From assembly GCA_017460085.1 (NCBI GenBank), contig JAFUBQ010000003.1:187142-251141 (forward strand): DNA of 64,000 bases, written 5' to 3'. A model generated the notes under the pieces. It worked only from the letters and a program-made list of their open reading frames with translations. It did no database searches and was not told the origin of the DNA. The position numbers and the translations under genes are program-made. Below are positions 19,132-28,399 of this stretch, piece after piece (the stretch's first letter is position 1; each line of letters starts with the position of its first letter). Source of the stretch: Alphaproteobacteria bacterium. Its GTDB lineage: Bacteria > Pseudomonadota > Alphaproteobacteria > RF32 > CAG-239.

Positions 19132-19932
19132 TTAGTCCTCTTCTAAAAATTTTTGCAGCAGATAAGATAATTTTTTGCCGGCTGTTTCAACAATTTGCAG
19201 CACATCATTATGACTCAAATTTTCCGAGCTTAATCCGGCGCCTAAATTAGAAATTACCGAAATACCCAAAACTTTAAGATTTGACTGCACGGCGGTAATA
19301 ACTTCCGGAACGGTTGACATACCGACGGCATCGGCGCCGAATTGGCGAAACATACGCACTTCTGCCGGTGTTTCATAATTAGGACCAAGCGCCATAATAT
19401 ATACCCCGCTAAACAAACGGATATTTTCTTTTGCAGCAATATCGAGCATTTTTTGCCGCATACCGACATCATAGGCGGAACTCATATCCGGAAAATTTGG
19501 GGTTTTCATAGCCCCAACCAGCGGATTTTTGCCGCTGAAATTAATGTGATCTTCAATCAGCATCAAACTGCCGGCCGGCATATCGGTGCGCAGCGAACCG
19601 GCGGCATTTGTGGCAATAAAACGTTTGGCGCCTAAATCTTTTAATTGCTGGGTAGAAACTAAAATGGTGCGCGGATCCATGCCTTCATAGAGGTGAGTTC
19701 GTCCTTGCAGGCAGATAACTTTATGCTTACCGATAATACCGGCGCATAAACGTCCTTGATGCCCTTTAACTGTTGGTTTTGGGGCGCCGGGAATATCAGA
19801 ATAAGGAATGATAATCGGGTTTTTAATTAAATCGGTGAAATTTCCCAAACCGGAACCAAGAACAATGGCCGTATCCGGTATAAAACCATTGAGCTTTGTT
19901 TTTAAAAAATCAAGTGTGTCATTATTTATCAT
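19132..19932 (-). CDS. Purine nucleoside phosphorylase (PNP-I/PunA type)
   Basis: Start MINNDTLDF with GGAG RBS; the track ORF is extended upstream. PNP family motifs are present. 11-nt overlap with the cdd 3' end. Confidence 0.85.
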   Translation of the reverse strand: MINNDTLDFLKTKLNGFIPDTAIVLGSGLGNFTDLIKNPIIIPYSDIPGAPKPTVKGHQGRLCAGIIGKHKVICLQGRTHLYEGMDPRTILVSTQQLKDLGAKRFIATNAAGSLRTDMPAGSLMLIEDHINFSGKNPLVGAMKTPNFPDMSSAYDVGMRQKMLDIAAKENIRLFSGVYIMALGPNYETPAEVRMFRQFGADAVGMSTVPEVITAVQSNLKVLGISVISNLGAGLSSENLSHNDVLQIVETAGKKLSYLLQKFLEED

Positions 19933-20326
19933 TTTTATTTGGCTCCAAAGAAAAATTTTGCGGCAACAGTTCGCCAAGACGATAGCGGCGGACAATTCCG
20001 CTGAGATTAGCGCTTATAACGGTGGTATTCGGCATGGCAAACTCGGCAATTTTTTGCAAACAATTACCGCAAGGTAAAATGTTTTCGGTGTCTGCTAATA
20101 CTAAAATTGCGGCAATTTCTCGTTCTCCGGCGGCAATCATTGCCGATATGGCACCGGCTTCGGCGCATGTTCCGCAAGGAAAAGAGGCATTTTCTACATT
20201 GCAACCGCTGAAAATTTTATTATTTGCAGTTAATATTGCCGCACCGACTGCAAAACAAGAATATGGAGCATAGGCATTTTCACGTGCTTGCCGAGCAAAT
20301 TTTAAGAGTTGTTCTTCCGCGCTCAT
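19922..20326 (-). CDS. cdd: Cytidine deaminase
   Basis: CAEAGAI...PCGNCLQ zinc-binding motifs. 134 aa. Confidence 0.85.
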   Translation of the reverse strand: MSAEEQLLKFARQARENAYAPYSCFAVGAAILTANNKIFSGCNVENASFPCGTCAEAGAISAMIAAGEREIAAILVLADTENILPCGNCLQKIAEFAMPNTTVISANLSGIVRRYRLGELLPQNFSLEPNKNDK

Positions 20327-20421
20327 TTTTAAACCTCAAACTTCTAAAAAAATGTTGATTTCCTGTTTAAATATTATACACTAAAAGTTAAGTTTATATT
20401 TATTTTTATGGGAGACATACC

Positions 20422-23400
20422 GTGTTTAAAAAAGTTCTGTTAATATCTTTGGCCGTAATTGTGCTGATTGCTGCCTGTTTGACGGTTTATGTATCTAATA
20501 TGGATTGGAATACTTATAAAAACGACATTGCCGCCAGATTTTCCAACACATTGGGAAAAAAAATAGAATTTAGCGGAAATTTAAATGTTTCTTTGTGGCC
20601 GAAGCCGCACCTTTCAGTTAAAAACGTTAATATTTTAAACACGGCAACTTCCGAAAAAATTGCCTCTGTTAAAAATTTGGAAGCGCAACTGTCATTGCGG
20701 GCGCTCTTGGAAGGAACGCCGGAAATTGAAAGCTTGTCGCTTAACGGAACGGAAATATGGTATGTGGTAGATGAAAACGGTGTTTCTAATTGGCGGCAAC
20801 AGCAAAAAGGTATGTTTTTAGATTCTAATATTGAGTTTAACCGCCAAACGATAAGCATTCAAAATTCGTGGGTTCACTATCAAAACAGAAAATATGAGCT
20901 GAATATTGATTTTTCACAGGTTAATGCCGATATTGTTGCAGAGAGCTTGGTCGGGCCATATCGAATTGATGGCAATTTTATGTATGCTGAAGATAATTTC
21001 GGGTTTGCCGTAGGTATGGGGGATATATCGCAAACCGATGATATTTTCTTAAATTTTGCCGTGACACATCCGAGTTCAAACAGCTATATTTTATATGATG
21101 GCAGCTATAATATGACCAGTGGGGCTTTTAAGGGAAATTTTAGCGGTGAATTTCAGTTGTTGGCAACATTGGTTAATAGCTTAAGTCAAAAAGAAACATT
21201 GGCAGAAATGTTTAATGTACCGTTTGTTTTTTCAGTGGTTTTAGATGCTAACAGCCAAATGGTGACAATGAATAGTTTGGCTTTAAAATATGCCAATGCC
21301 ATTGAAGGTTCCGGTAATATTAAACTCCCGTTGACAGTTTCTGAAGGAAAAAAACCGATTGTAGATATTCAGTATCAATTTTTGAATTTAGACGGACGTC
21401 CTTTGTTGATGGTGGCAGAAATGGCATTAAACGCATTGAAAGCAGGGGAATTGCAATATAAACCGCAAACAGAATTTGATGTAAATTATGATGTTTCGGT
21501 TCAGCATATGGCAATTAGCGATGCGGCAGACGGTGCCTTAGAAAATATGTCAATAAAAGGAACATGGAAAGATAATGAGTTGGATATTGATGAGTTTTAT
21601 GCTGCTTGTCCTGGGAATATTGTTTGGACTATGTCGGGAAGTTTGCTGGCTGAAGAAAACGTGCCGAGTCTGTTTTTGAAAAACCGCATTCAGGGTAAAA
21701 ATGTGGGGGCTTTAATTAGAGCCTTTGGTTTTGCGCTTAATGCACCAAGTCAGGCGGCATATCGCAACATTGATATAAATTTCAATTTGTCGGCAGAACC
21801 GCAGACATTAATTTTCAGTGATTTAGAAGCCATGATGGATAAAGGACGATTGTCCGGTACATTTAGCGCCGATTTTTCACAACCACGAACAAAATATGAG
21901 CTAAGCGGCGAAATTGACAGTATAAATTTTGATAATTATGTTGAGCCGGCAGAGGCAAGTGAAAAGCTGACAAATACACTCAAACACTATTTGAACATGT
22001 TGCATGGTTTGCAAGCCGCAGACTGGATAATTGATGTAACAGCTGACCAAGCAATATTTAAAAGCATTCCTCTTAAAGATTTGGCAGTTGCACTGAAAAC
22101 AGATGAAAATAAAATTGTAGTAAAAAATTTATCTTTGGCAGATGTTTTAGGAGCAAAAATTATATTAAATGGTGAGATTTACGGTTTAGAAACGGGAGAA
22201 CCTGTGTTTTCAGGTTTAGAATATAATATGAGCACCGGAAATGTATCACCGTTAATTGCCAAATTGAATTTATTGTTGCCGCAATGGAATATATTCAAAG
22301 ATAAACCGATGCAGGCCAGCGGTTTGCTTTCAGGCAATTTGCAAGAAGCGGAAATTGATACGTCGACTACGCTGAAAAACACCATTTTAACATACAAAGG
22401 CAAAGTAGCGCAGAAAGAACAATTTGAATTTGACGGCAACGGTAATTTAAAATCAACCGGTTTTAGCGAATTAGTTAATGATTTAGGTGGTAAATGGGGT
22501 AAATTAAAAAATAACAGCGCCATAAATTGCGGCGGCCATATAAAAGGAAATGCAAAAAATTGGGAGTTCGATAATGCCGAGTGCGTTTTAGGTACGGCAA
22601 AATATTCAGGAAAACTACATTTACAGCAAGAAAAAAATATGTCGTATATTGATGGTAAAATTGCGGCAAGCGAATTTGATTTAGCTAATGTTTTAGATGT
22701 TCAACGCTCTAAAACCGGTGCTGAAAATAATTTATTGTATGCTGACGATTTTATAGCGCGTCCTATTTTCAGCCGTGATGTTTATGATTTTGACAGCTAT
22801 CGCAATTTAGATGTTGATGTTGAATTTTCGGCAGCACAAGTTTTATTTAATAATAAGGCATTGCAAAATGTTGCGACTAGTATAAAAAACGAGCAAGGTT
22901 TGCTTGGTCTGAATGATTTAACTTTTGGGTATCAAAATGCGCAATATGTAGGGCAAATACAAGTTGACTACACGCAAGAACCAAAAATTAAAAGCAAATT
23001 GAAAGCGGAAAATTTTGCTCTGAACGATGTCGGCGGTAAAATATATAAATTAAACTCCGGCATGGCGCAGTTAGCAATAGATGTTCAATCATCTGCTGTT
23101 TCTGAAGAAAAGATGATGCAGAATATGATGGGTACAATTGATTTTAAAATTGATAATTTGAGAGTTGACGGTTTAAATTTCGGCGCAATTGCAGAAGATT
23201 TGCAAACCAGAGTATATTCCAAGGGTCTATTTCAAAATGTGCGGGATAACTTGCAGCAGGGGCATACCGATTTCAGAGAATGCGCAGGGCAAATTAAAAT
23301 TCAACAAGGTACTTGGAATTTTGAGAACACGGTTTGTAAAAATGACGATGTAAGTCTTACATTGCAAGGAAAAGATGATGTCGGAGAATGGCAAATGAAT

Positions 23401-24606
23401 AATAATTTGTCGGCTAAATTTGCGGCATTGCCGAATGTGGCACCGATAGATCTTACTTTCAGCGGAATGATTAATAAGCCGACATTGGAAGTTAATGTTG
23501 AAAAAGTTGTTAAGCAATATGATGAACATTGGGCGCAAATAGAAAAACAGCGGCAAGAAGAACAAGATAAAAAGCAGCGTGTCATAAATGCCAACATGGA
23601 GCAAGCGCAGAAAAAAGTGGAAGATTTAGCACGGCAAATTGATGACATTTCTGCTTTATTAGAGAGTTATGTTGCGGCAACAAAAGAGGAAAATTATGTT
23701 GGTTGGTACAATAAAAAAATAGAATATTTGAAATATTTAAGTAAAAAAACAGATGAAATGTCATCTGTTGAGCGGCAGGCACAATGGACAGATGATGATG
23801 TGAAACAAATTGAGGATAAATGCACGGAGTTTAACTTAGAGCTTAGTAAATTAAGCGATGATATAAAGAAAGAACATCAGGCAGATTTAGAAGCTCAAAT
23901 TAAAACTTTGCAAGAAAATGTGCGGCAAATTAAAGCTGATAACAGCAAGGCATATAATGACTATCAGCTACAGCTACAAGATAAATTTTCTCAGCTAATT
24001 CGCTATGATGCATCGCAAAATCCGGCTGAAGATGAAAATATACTGAAAATACAGGAAGAAATTGCCGAACAACGAGATTTATTTTGGAATGAAAGTTATA
24101 AAATAAGTGATGCGTTTATGCAAATATATAATATCAGTGGAACTGAAAATTTGCGTAATGCCTTAGATAATTTGCAGCAACAGGCAAATAAATTAAAAGA
24201 TTTATCTGCGCAAACTTCTGAGAGATATTCTGCTGCGTTTTTGATATTAGATAAACAAATAGAGCAGAAAAAAGCCATTTATGATGCCGAAAGGGAACGT
24301 TTGCGTGAGGAAAAACAGCAAGAGCGTGAAGAAAATAAAGATAATTTATTAGCAAATGACGATGGCAAAAATGAAGATGTATCGGTTCAGCAAAAAGAAA
24401 ATGAAAAATCAGAAACAGCGCCGAAAGCAAGTCAATCAACACTGCGTGAAATAGATGAATCGGTTGTTTTAGGAGAGGTAAGCGGAAAAATTGCTAAATC
24501 TTACGATGAGAAAAAGCCAACGGCTATAGAGCCGAAAGCCACAGGTCTGTTGCGAGCCACCGATGGAGATATCGGCGAAGCCAGCGGGTCTATCAGTGTT
24601 AAGTAA
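20422..24606 (+). CDS. AsmA-family outer-membrane biogenesis protein with a roughly 400-aa C-terminal coiled-coil extension
   Basis: GTG start with GGGAG RBS. N-terminal signal-anchor plus an AsmA-like N-domain (NL.VSLWPKPHLSVKNV). About 1000 aa predicted beta-rich. The last 390 aa or so are Q/E/K-rich heptad repeats. Confidence 0.6.
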   Translation: MFKKVLLISLAVIVLIAACLTVYVSNMDWNTYKNDIAARFSNTLGKKIEFSGNLNVSLWPKPHLSVKNVNILNTATSEKIASVKNLEAQLSLRALLEGTPEIESLSLNGTEIWYVVDENGVSNWRQQQKGMFLDSNIEFNRQTISIQNSWVHYQNRKYELNIDFSQVNADIVAESLVGPYRIDGNFMYAEDNFGFAVGMGDISQTDDIFLNFAVTHPSSNSYILYDGSYNMTSGAFKGNFSGEFQLLATLVNSLSQKETLAEMFNVPFVFSVVLDANSQMVTMNSLALKYANAIEGSGNIKLPLTVSEGKKPIVDIQYQFLNLDGRPLLMVAEMALNALKAGELQYKPQTEFDVNYDVSVQHMAISDAADGALENMSIKGTWKDNELDIDEFYAACPGNIVWTMSGSLLAEENVPSLFLKNRIQGKNVGALIRAFGFALNAPSQAAYRNIDINFNLSAEPQTLIFSDLEAMMDKGRLSGTFSADFSQPRTKYELSGEIDSINFDNYVEPAEASEKLTNTLKHYLNMLHGLQAADWIIDVTADQAIFKSIPLKDLAVALKTDENKIVVKNLSLADVLGAKIILNGEIYGLETGEPVFSGLEYNMSTGNVSPLIAKLNLLLPQWNIFKDKPMQASGLLSGNLQEAEIDTSTTLKNTILTYKGKVAQKEQFEFDGNGNLKSTGFSELVNDLGGKWGKLKNNSAINCGGHIKGNAKNWEFDNAECVLGTAKYSGKLHLQQEKNMSYIDGKIAASEFDLANVLDVQRSKTGAENNLLYADDFIARPIFSRDVYDFDSYRNLDVDVEFSAAQVLFNNKALQNVATSIKNEQGLLGLNDLTFGYQNAQYVGQIQVDYTQEPKIKSKLKAENFALNDVGGKIYKLNSGMAQLAIDVQSSAVSEEKMMQNMMGTIDFKIDNLRVDGLNFGAIAEDLQTRVYSKGLFQNVRDNLQQGHTDFRECAGQIKIQQGTWNFENTVCKNDDVSLTLQGKDDVGEWQMNNNLSAKFAALPNVAPIDLTFSGMINKPTLEVNVEKVVKQYDEHWAQIEKQRQEEQDKKQRVINANMEQAQKKVEDLARQIDDISALLESYVAATKEENYVGWYNKKIEYLKYLSKKTDEMSSVERQAQWTDDDVKQIEDKCTEFNLELSKLSDDIKKEHQADLEAQIKTLQENVRQIKADNSKAYNDYQLQLQDKFSQLIRYDASQNPAEDENILKIQEEIAEQRDLFWNESYKISDAFMQIYNISGTENLRNALDNLQQQANKLKDLSAQTSERYSAAFLILDKQIEQKKAIYDAERERLREEKQQEREENKDNLLANDDGKNEDVSVQQKENEKSETAPKASQSTLREIDESVVLGEVSGKIAKSYDEKKPTAIEPKATGLLRATDGDIGEASGSISVK

Positions 24607-24672
24607 ATTAAATAAGATAGAATCTTTATTTATTATAAAAATAAAATATATAATTATAAAAGGAGAAATAAA

Positions 24673-25560
24673 ATGAAACAAAAACCAGAAGTTTGTATTT
24701 TGCCGGTAGCCGGTTTATCAACCCGCAATTTGCCCACCACAAAAGTTTTGCATAAAGGGTTTATGACTTTGAACAATCTACCGGTTATTCAATATGCCGT
24801 GAACAGTTGTGCCGAAGCTGGTATTAAGGAAATTGTTTTTATTTATAGTGATGATGCTTGCAAAAATATGTTTGCGAAATATTATGCACCGGCGCCAGAT
24901 TTGGAGGCACGTTTAACTGCACCGAGTAAGGCTGATTTATTAAAATCTGTGCAAAAAATTATCCCTGCCGGTATGAAATTTTCGTTTGCCTGCCAAAGTG
25001 AGCCAAAAGGCAATGGTCACGCAATTTTAATGGCCAAAGATATTGTGGGTGAGCGTGATTTTGCGGTGATGTGGGTGGATGATGTTTATATCAATAAACA
25101 CGGTGCCGGCATTATGAAGCAGCTTTGTGATGTTTATGAAAAAAACGGCGGCATTGTGGAAAATATTATGGAGTGCAAGCGCGAAGATATGGTGCGCTAT
25201 GGTGCTTTAGTTGGTGCTGAGCGCGAGGGAAATATTGTGCGTGCTAAAGGTTTAGTGGAAAAGCCTAAATTAGAAGAAGTGCCGTCTAATTATGCTTCTA
25301 TGGGACCATATATTATTCCTAATGAGGTGATGAAAATTTTGCCGGAAGTTACTAAAGGTTCAAACGGCGAAATTAATTTGACCGATGCTTTAAATTTAGC
25401 GGCTCAGCGCGGTATGCCGATATATGGCGTATTAACCGAAGGTAATCGTTATGATTGTGGAACAAATGCTGATTTGCTTAAAGCAAATATTAAATTAGCT
25501 TTGGAAACATCGCCGGAAATGCGCAAATATGCTAAAGATATTTTGCAAACATTAAGCTGA
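24673..25560 (+). CDS. galU: UTP--glucose-1-phosphate uridylyltransferase
   Basis: ILPVAGLSTRNLPTTKVLHK...NLPVIQY nucleotidyltransferase fold, with AAGGAG RBS. Confidence 0.8.
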   Translation: MKQKPEVCILPVAGLSTRNLPTTKVLHKGFMTLNNLPVIQYAVNSCAEAGIKEIVFIYSDDACKNMFAKYYAPAPDLEARLTAPSKADLLKSVQKIIPAGMKFSFACQSEPKGNGHAILMAKDIVGERDFAVMWVDDVYINKHGAGIMKQLCDVYEKNGGIVENIMECKREDMVRYGALVGAEREGNIVRAKGLVEKPKLEEVPSNYASMGPYIIPNEVMKILPEVTKGSNGEINLTDALNLAAQRGMPIYGVLTEGNRYDCGTNADLLKANIKLALETSPEMRKYAKDILQTLS

Positions 25561-25571
25561 ATTAAAATATT

Positions 25572-26153
25572 TTAATCTGCGGGATAAAATTTATCTGTCC
25601 AGTCGCTTAGCATATTTTGTAAGCGTGTGTTTTTTACACTTTCGCCGCGGCTGATATGTTGCAAATCAACAATATATTCTTGAAGAATGCGTGTATGAAT
25701 GTCAGTGCTTTCATCAATGTCGAATGTTGGTATATTATTTAATGGTGATGAAATTACAGACTCGGTATTTTCTTCAGCTGCAGTTTCTTTGGTAGATGCA
25801 GTAACAGTTGCTTTTTTATCTAAGCGCTGCTTAGTTATTTTGGCTTTTTCTGCTTTAATTCTTTCGTAGCGCTCTTTTTTGGCTTTAGCTTCCTGTTCTT
25901 CAATCTTTTTTTGTTTTTCTGCTGCTTGCTTAGCCAAACGTTCTTGTTCCATTTGGGTAACTATCGGTGCTTTTTGCCCTTGATATTGCATTTGCTTAAT
26001 ATCGGGTAGTTTTTCGGGAGCAGGTTGAGTTCTTAAAACTCCTGTCGGCACAAAAAAATTTGGAATTTTATCAGTGCGGCGAAAACTTTGTGCGCTTTCA
26101 GGCATACAAAGAAACAAGATAAAAATGAACGATAATTCTAATATTTTTCGCAC
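25572..26153 (-). CDS. Hypothetical secreted K/E-rich coiled-coil protein
   Basis: Signal peptide, followed by QEAKAKKERYERIKAEKAK repeats. Confidence 0.4.
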   Translation of the reverse strand: MRKILELSFIFILFLCMPESAQSFRRTDKIPNFFVPTGVLRTQPAPEKLPDIKQMQYQGQKAPIVTQMEQERLAKQAAEKQKKIEEQEAKAKKERYERIKAEKAKITKQRLDKKATVTASTKETAAEENTESVISSPLNNIPTFDIDESTDIHTRILQEYIVDLQHISRGESVKNTRLQNMLSDWTDKFYPAD

Positions 26154-26244
26154 AGCTGAAAACCTCCTTAATCTAGGATATATAAAAATAATTAACGCAG
26201 ATTTAACAAATAAATAATATTATTATTTTGCTTGAGAGGAAAAA

Positions 26245-26943
26245 ATGCGTTTAGGATTAATTTTAGGAGTTTTGGCAGTGTTGCAGTCGCAGGTTGTTTG
26301 CGCTGCTTCATATGAATCTTTACAGCGTAAGTGCCAACAGAAAATGGCAGAAAATCCGCCGCAAATTACGGTAGAATATAGTTTTGGTAAATTAAATATT
26401 GACACTTCTAAAACACCGGAAGAACTGATAAAAATTGCAAAACAGTTCAACCCTAAGGCTAAGGCCGATGAACATATTCAAGGCCTTACCGGATTAAAAT
26501 TTGCTACTAAATTAAACGTTGAAACACTGGTAGAAGAAATAGATGAGCAAGATGTTTGTGTTATGCCTCAAAATGTTAATTTGCGTGTTTTTTATGAAAA
26601 GCCTACAATTTATTTGATTAATTCGCTGAAACCTAACAGTTGCCGCTATAATTTGGTGTTGCGGCATGAGCAAACTCATTTAGATATAGGGCACACGTTT
26701 TTATTGGAATTAGCCGGCGCTCTCAAACAGAAATTGATAAAAACAGTGAACGAATATGGGGCTAGAGCAGTGCTTAAAAATATTTATATACAAGATGATA
26801 CTGCCATTATACAGAAAATGCTTAAAGATTATGAAAACAGCCTAAAACCGATAATGAATAGCTATAAGGAAAAACTTTTAGACGAGCAGGCGCAATTAGA
26901 TACGCCGGATAATTATCGCTACGAAACATCTCTTTGTCAGTAG
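26245..26943 (+). CDS. Hypothetical secreted protein with an HExxH motif; putative Zn-metallopeptidase, DUF922-like
   Basis: Signal peptide (LAVLQSQVVCAAS). LVLRHEQTHLDIGH contains HExxH plus a downstream His. Confidence 0.4.
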   Translation: MRLGLILGVLAVLQSQVVCAASYESLQRKCQQKMAENPPQITVEYSFGKLNIDTSKTPEELIKIAKQFNPKAKADEHIQGLTGLKFATKLNVETLVEEIDEQDVCVMPQNVNLRVFYEKPTIYLINSLKPNSCRYNLVLRHEQTHLDIGHTFLLELAGALKQKLIKTVNEYGARAVLKNIYIQDDTAIIQKMLKDYENSLKPIMNSYKEKLLDEQAQLDTPDNYRYETSLCQ

Positions 26944-27033
26944 AAAGCTGTTTTTCCACATATAAATTTTTATATTTTTGACTTAGTAAAACATATAATA
27001 TATTCTGCAAGAAATATTTTTTAGGAAAGTTAT

Positions 27034-27657
27034 ATGTTTGATATAGATTATAAAAAAGTTTATTTAAGTGCTTTGCGCCAGTTTTGTTATTTTGCAGGCA
27101 TATTCGCTTTTGTTTTCTGTATTCATTATTTGGCTGACCGGTTTAAGGCGGAAACATTTGCCGAATTTGGTGTAGTAGAAAATATGCAGTTAGGGCTTTT
27201 GGTGATAAGTGGTTTTATTTTTACTATACAAGCAATTGCCTATAAAGACTATCGTGAACTGCTGTTTTTGCTAGCTTCTGTGTGTTTTTTGGCATCGTGT
27301 CGCGAATTGGATAGTTGGTTTGATAAGCGCATTCCGCTGATAAGTTGGCGGGTTGGTTTTGTGTTTCCTTTTGTGGCACTTTTGCTTGCTTTTATAAATC
27401 GCAAAAACATTATGAAACAGCTAATACCATTTTTGGGAAGTCCGGCTTTTTATATGATGGTCAGTGTGCTGATTTTGGTTCTTCCGATTGCGCAGTGCAT
27501 TGGTCATCGTTCGTTTGTGGAAGATATATTAGGGGCCAACAATGTGCGTGAAATTAAAGAATTTATTGAAGAAACTGTCGAATGTTTAGGATATATGCTT
27601 TTACTGTTTTCCACCTTTGAAATTTATTGTAATTTACTGAAACATCAACATTCTTAA
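27034..27657 (+). CDS. Hypothetical polytopic membrane protein (paralogue of 48231..48842)
   Basis: At least 5 TM segments, with conserved F-x-E-x-G-[VI]-VEN-[MI]-QL and RE/EE motifs. Confidence 0.4.
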   Translation: MFDIDYKKVYLSALRQFCYFAGIFAFVFCIHYLADRFKAETFAEFGVVENMQLGLLVISGFIFTIQAIAYKDYRELLFLLASVCFLASCRELDSWFDKRIPLISWRVGFVFPFVALLLAFINRKNIMKQLIPFLGSPAFYMMVSVLILVLPIAQCIGHRSFVEDILGANNVREIKEFIEETVECLGYMLLLFSTFEIYCNLLKHQHS

Positions 27658-28310
27658 ATTAGGACACAACCGTAAAGCACGGCAAAAAAATGCATAATTG
27701 TTCCCGTTAAAACAAAAAAGTGCCAAATTGCGTGAGTATATTTTCTACTTTTCCACACATAAAAGAATATACCGAAAGTATAAAATAATCCGCCCAAAAC
27801 CAAAAACACCAACCCTGTGGTGCTGATATGCACATAAAGGCTTTTAGATGCAAACACAATCATCCAGCCCATCAGTAAATATAGTCCGATTGACCAAATT
27901 TTTGTTCCACTGCCGGAAGTTACTAGTTTTAAGACAGTTCCCAAAAGCGCCAAACCCCATATAATGCCGAAAATAGTCCACCCCAATGCACCGCGCAGAT
28001 TAACCAGCAAAAACGGTGTATATGTACCGGCAATTAAATAATAAATTGCAATGTGGTCAAATTTTTTCAAAATCTTCTTGGCTTGCGCATTCGGTATGGC
28101 ATGATACAGCGTTGAAGCCGTATAAAGAATAATCATCGAGGCACCGAACAAAGCGGTTGAAACAACAGTCCATGCATTGCCGTAAACCGATGAAAACGCC
28201 GCTAATATAACTAAGCCGGCAATACTTAAAATAATACCTAAGCCGTGAATAGTGCAATGACAAATTTCTTCTGTTAAAGTATATGCGTGCGGTAATGCTG
28301 CAGATTTCAT
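27654..28310 (-). CDS. Hemolysin III-family (PAQR/YqfA) channel protein
   Basis: 7-TM protein of 218 aa with conserved His residues in the Hly-III pattern. Confidence 0.8.
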   Translation of the reverse strand: MKSAALPHAYTLTEEICHCTIHGLGIILSIAGLVILAAFSSVYGNAWTVVSTALFGASMIILYTASTLYHAIPNAQAKKILKKFDHIAIYYLIAGTYTPFLLVNLRGALGWTIFGIIWGLALLGTVLKLVTSGSGTKIWSIGLYLLMGWMIVFASKSLYVHISTTGLVFLVLGGLFYTFGIFFYVWKSRKYTHAIWHFFVLTGTIMHFFAVLYGCVLI

Positions 28311-28399
28311 AACATTTCTCCTTGTTCTGCATCAAAGCATATAAGATATTATTACGCTTGTCCAGCTAAAAAACATTGCAGTTTTTTCCAGATATGGTG

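Noticed and set aside
23227-24681. Several minus-strand ORFs (23227..23648, 23582..23782, 24096..24442, 24469..24681)
   Set aside because: They lie opposite the repetitive coiled-coil-coding part of the AsmA-like gene. Repeats in A/G-rich codons generate long antisense frames.
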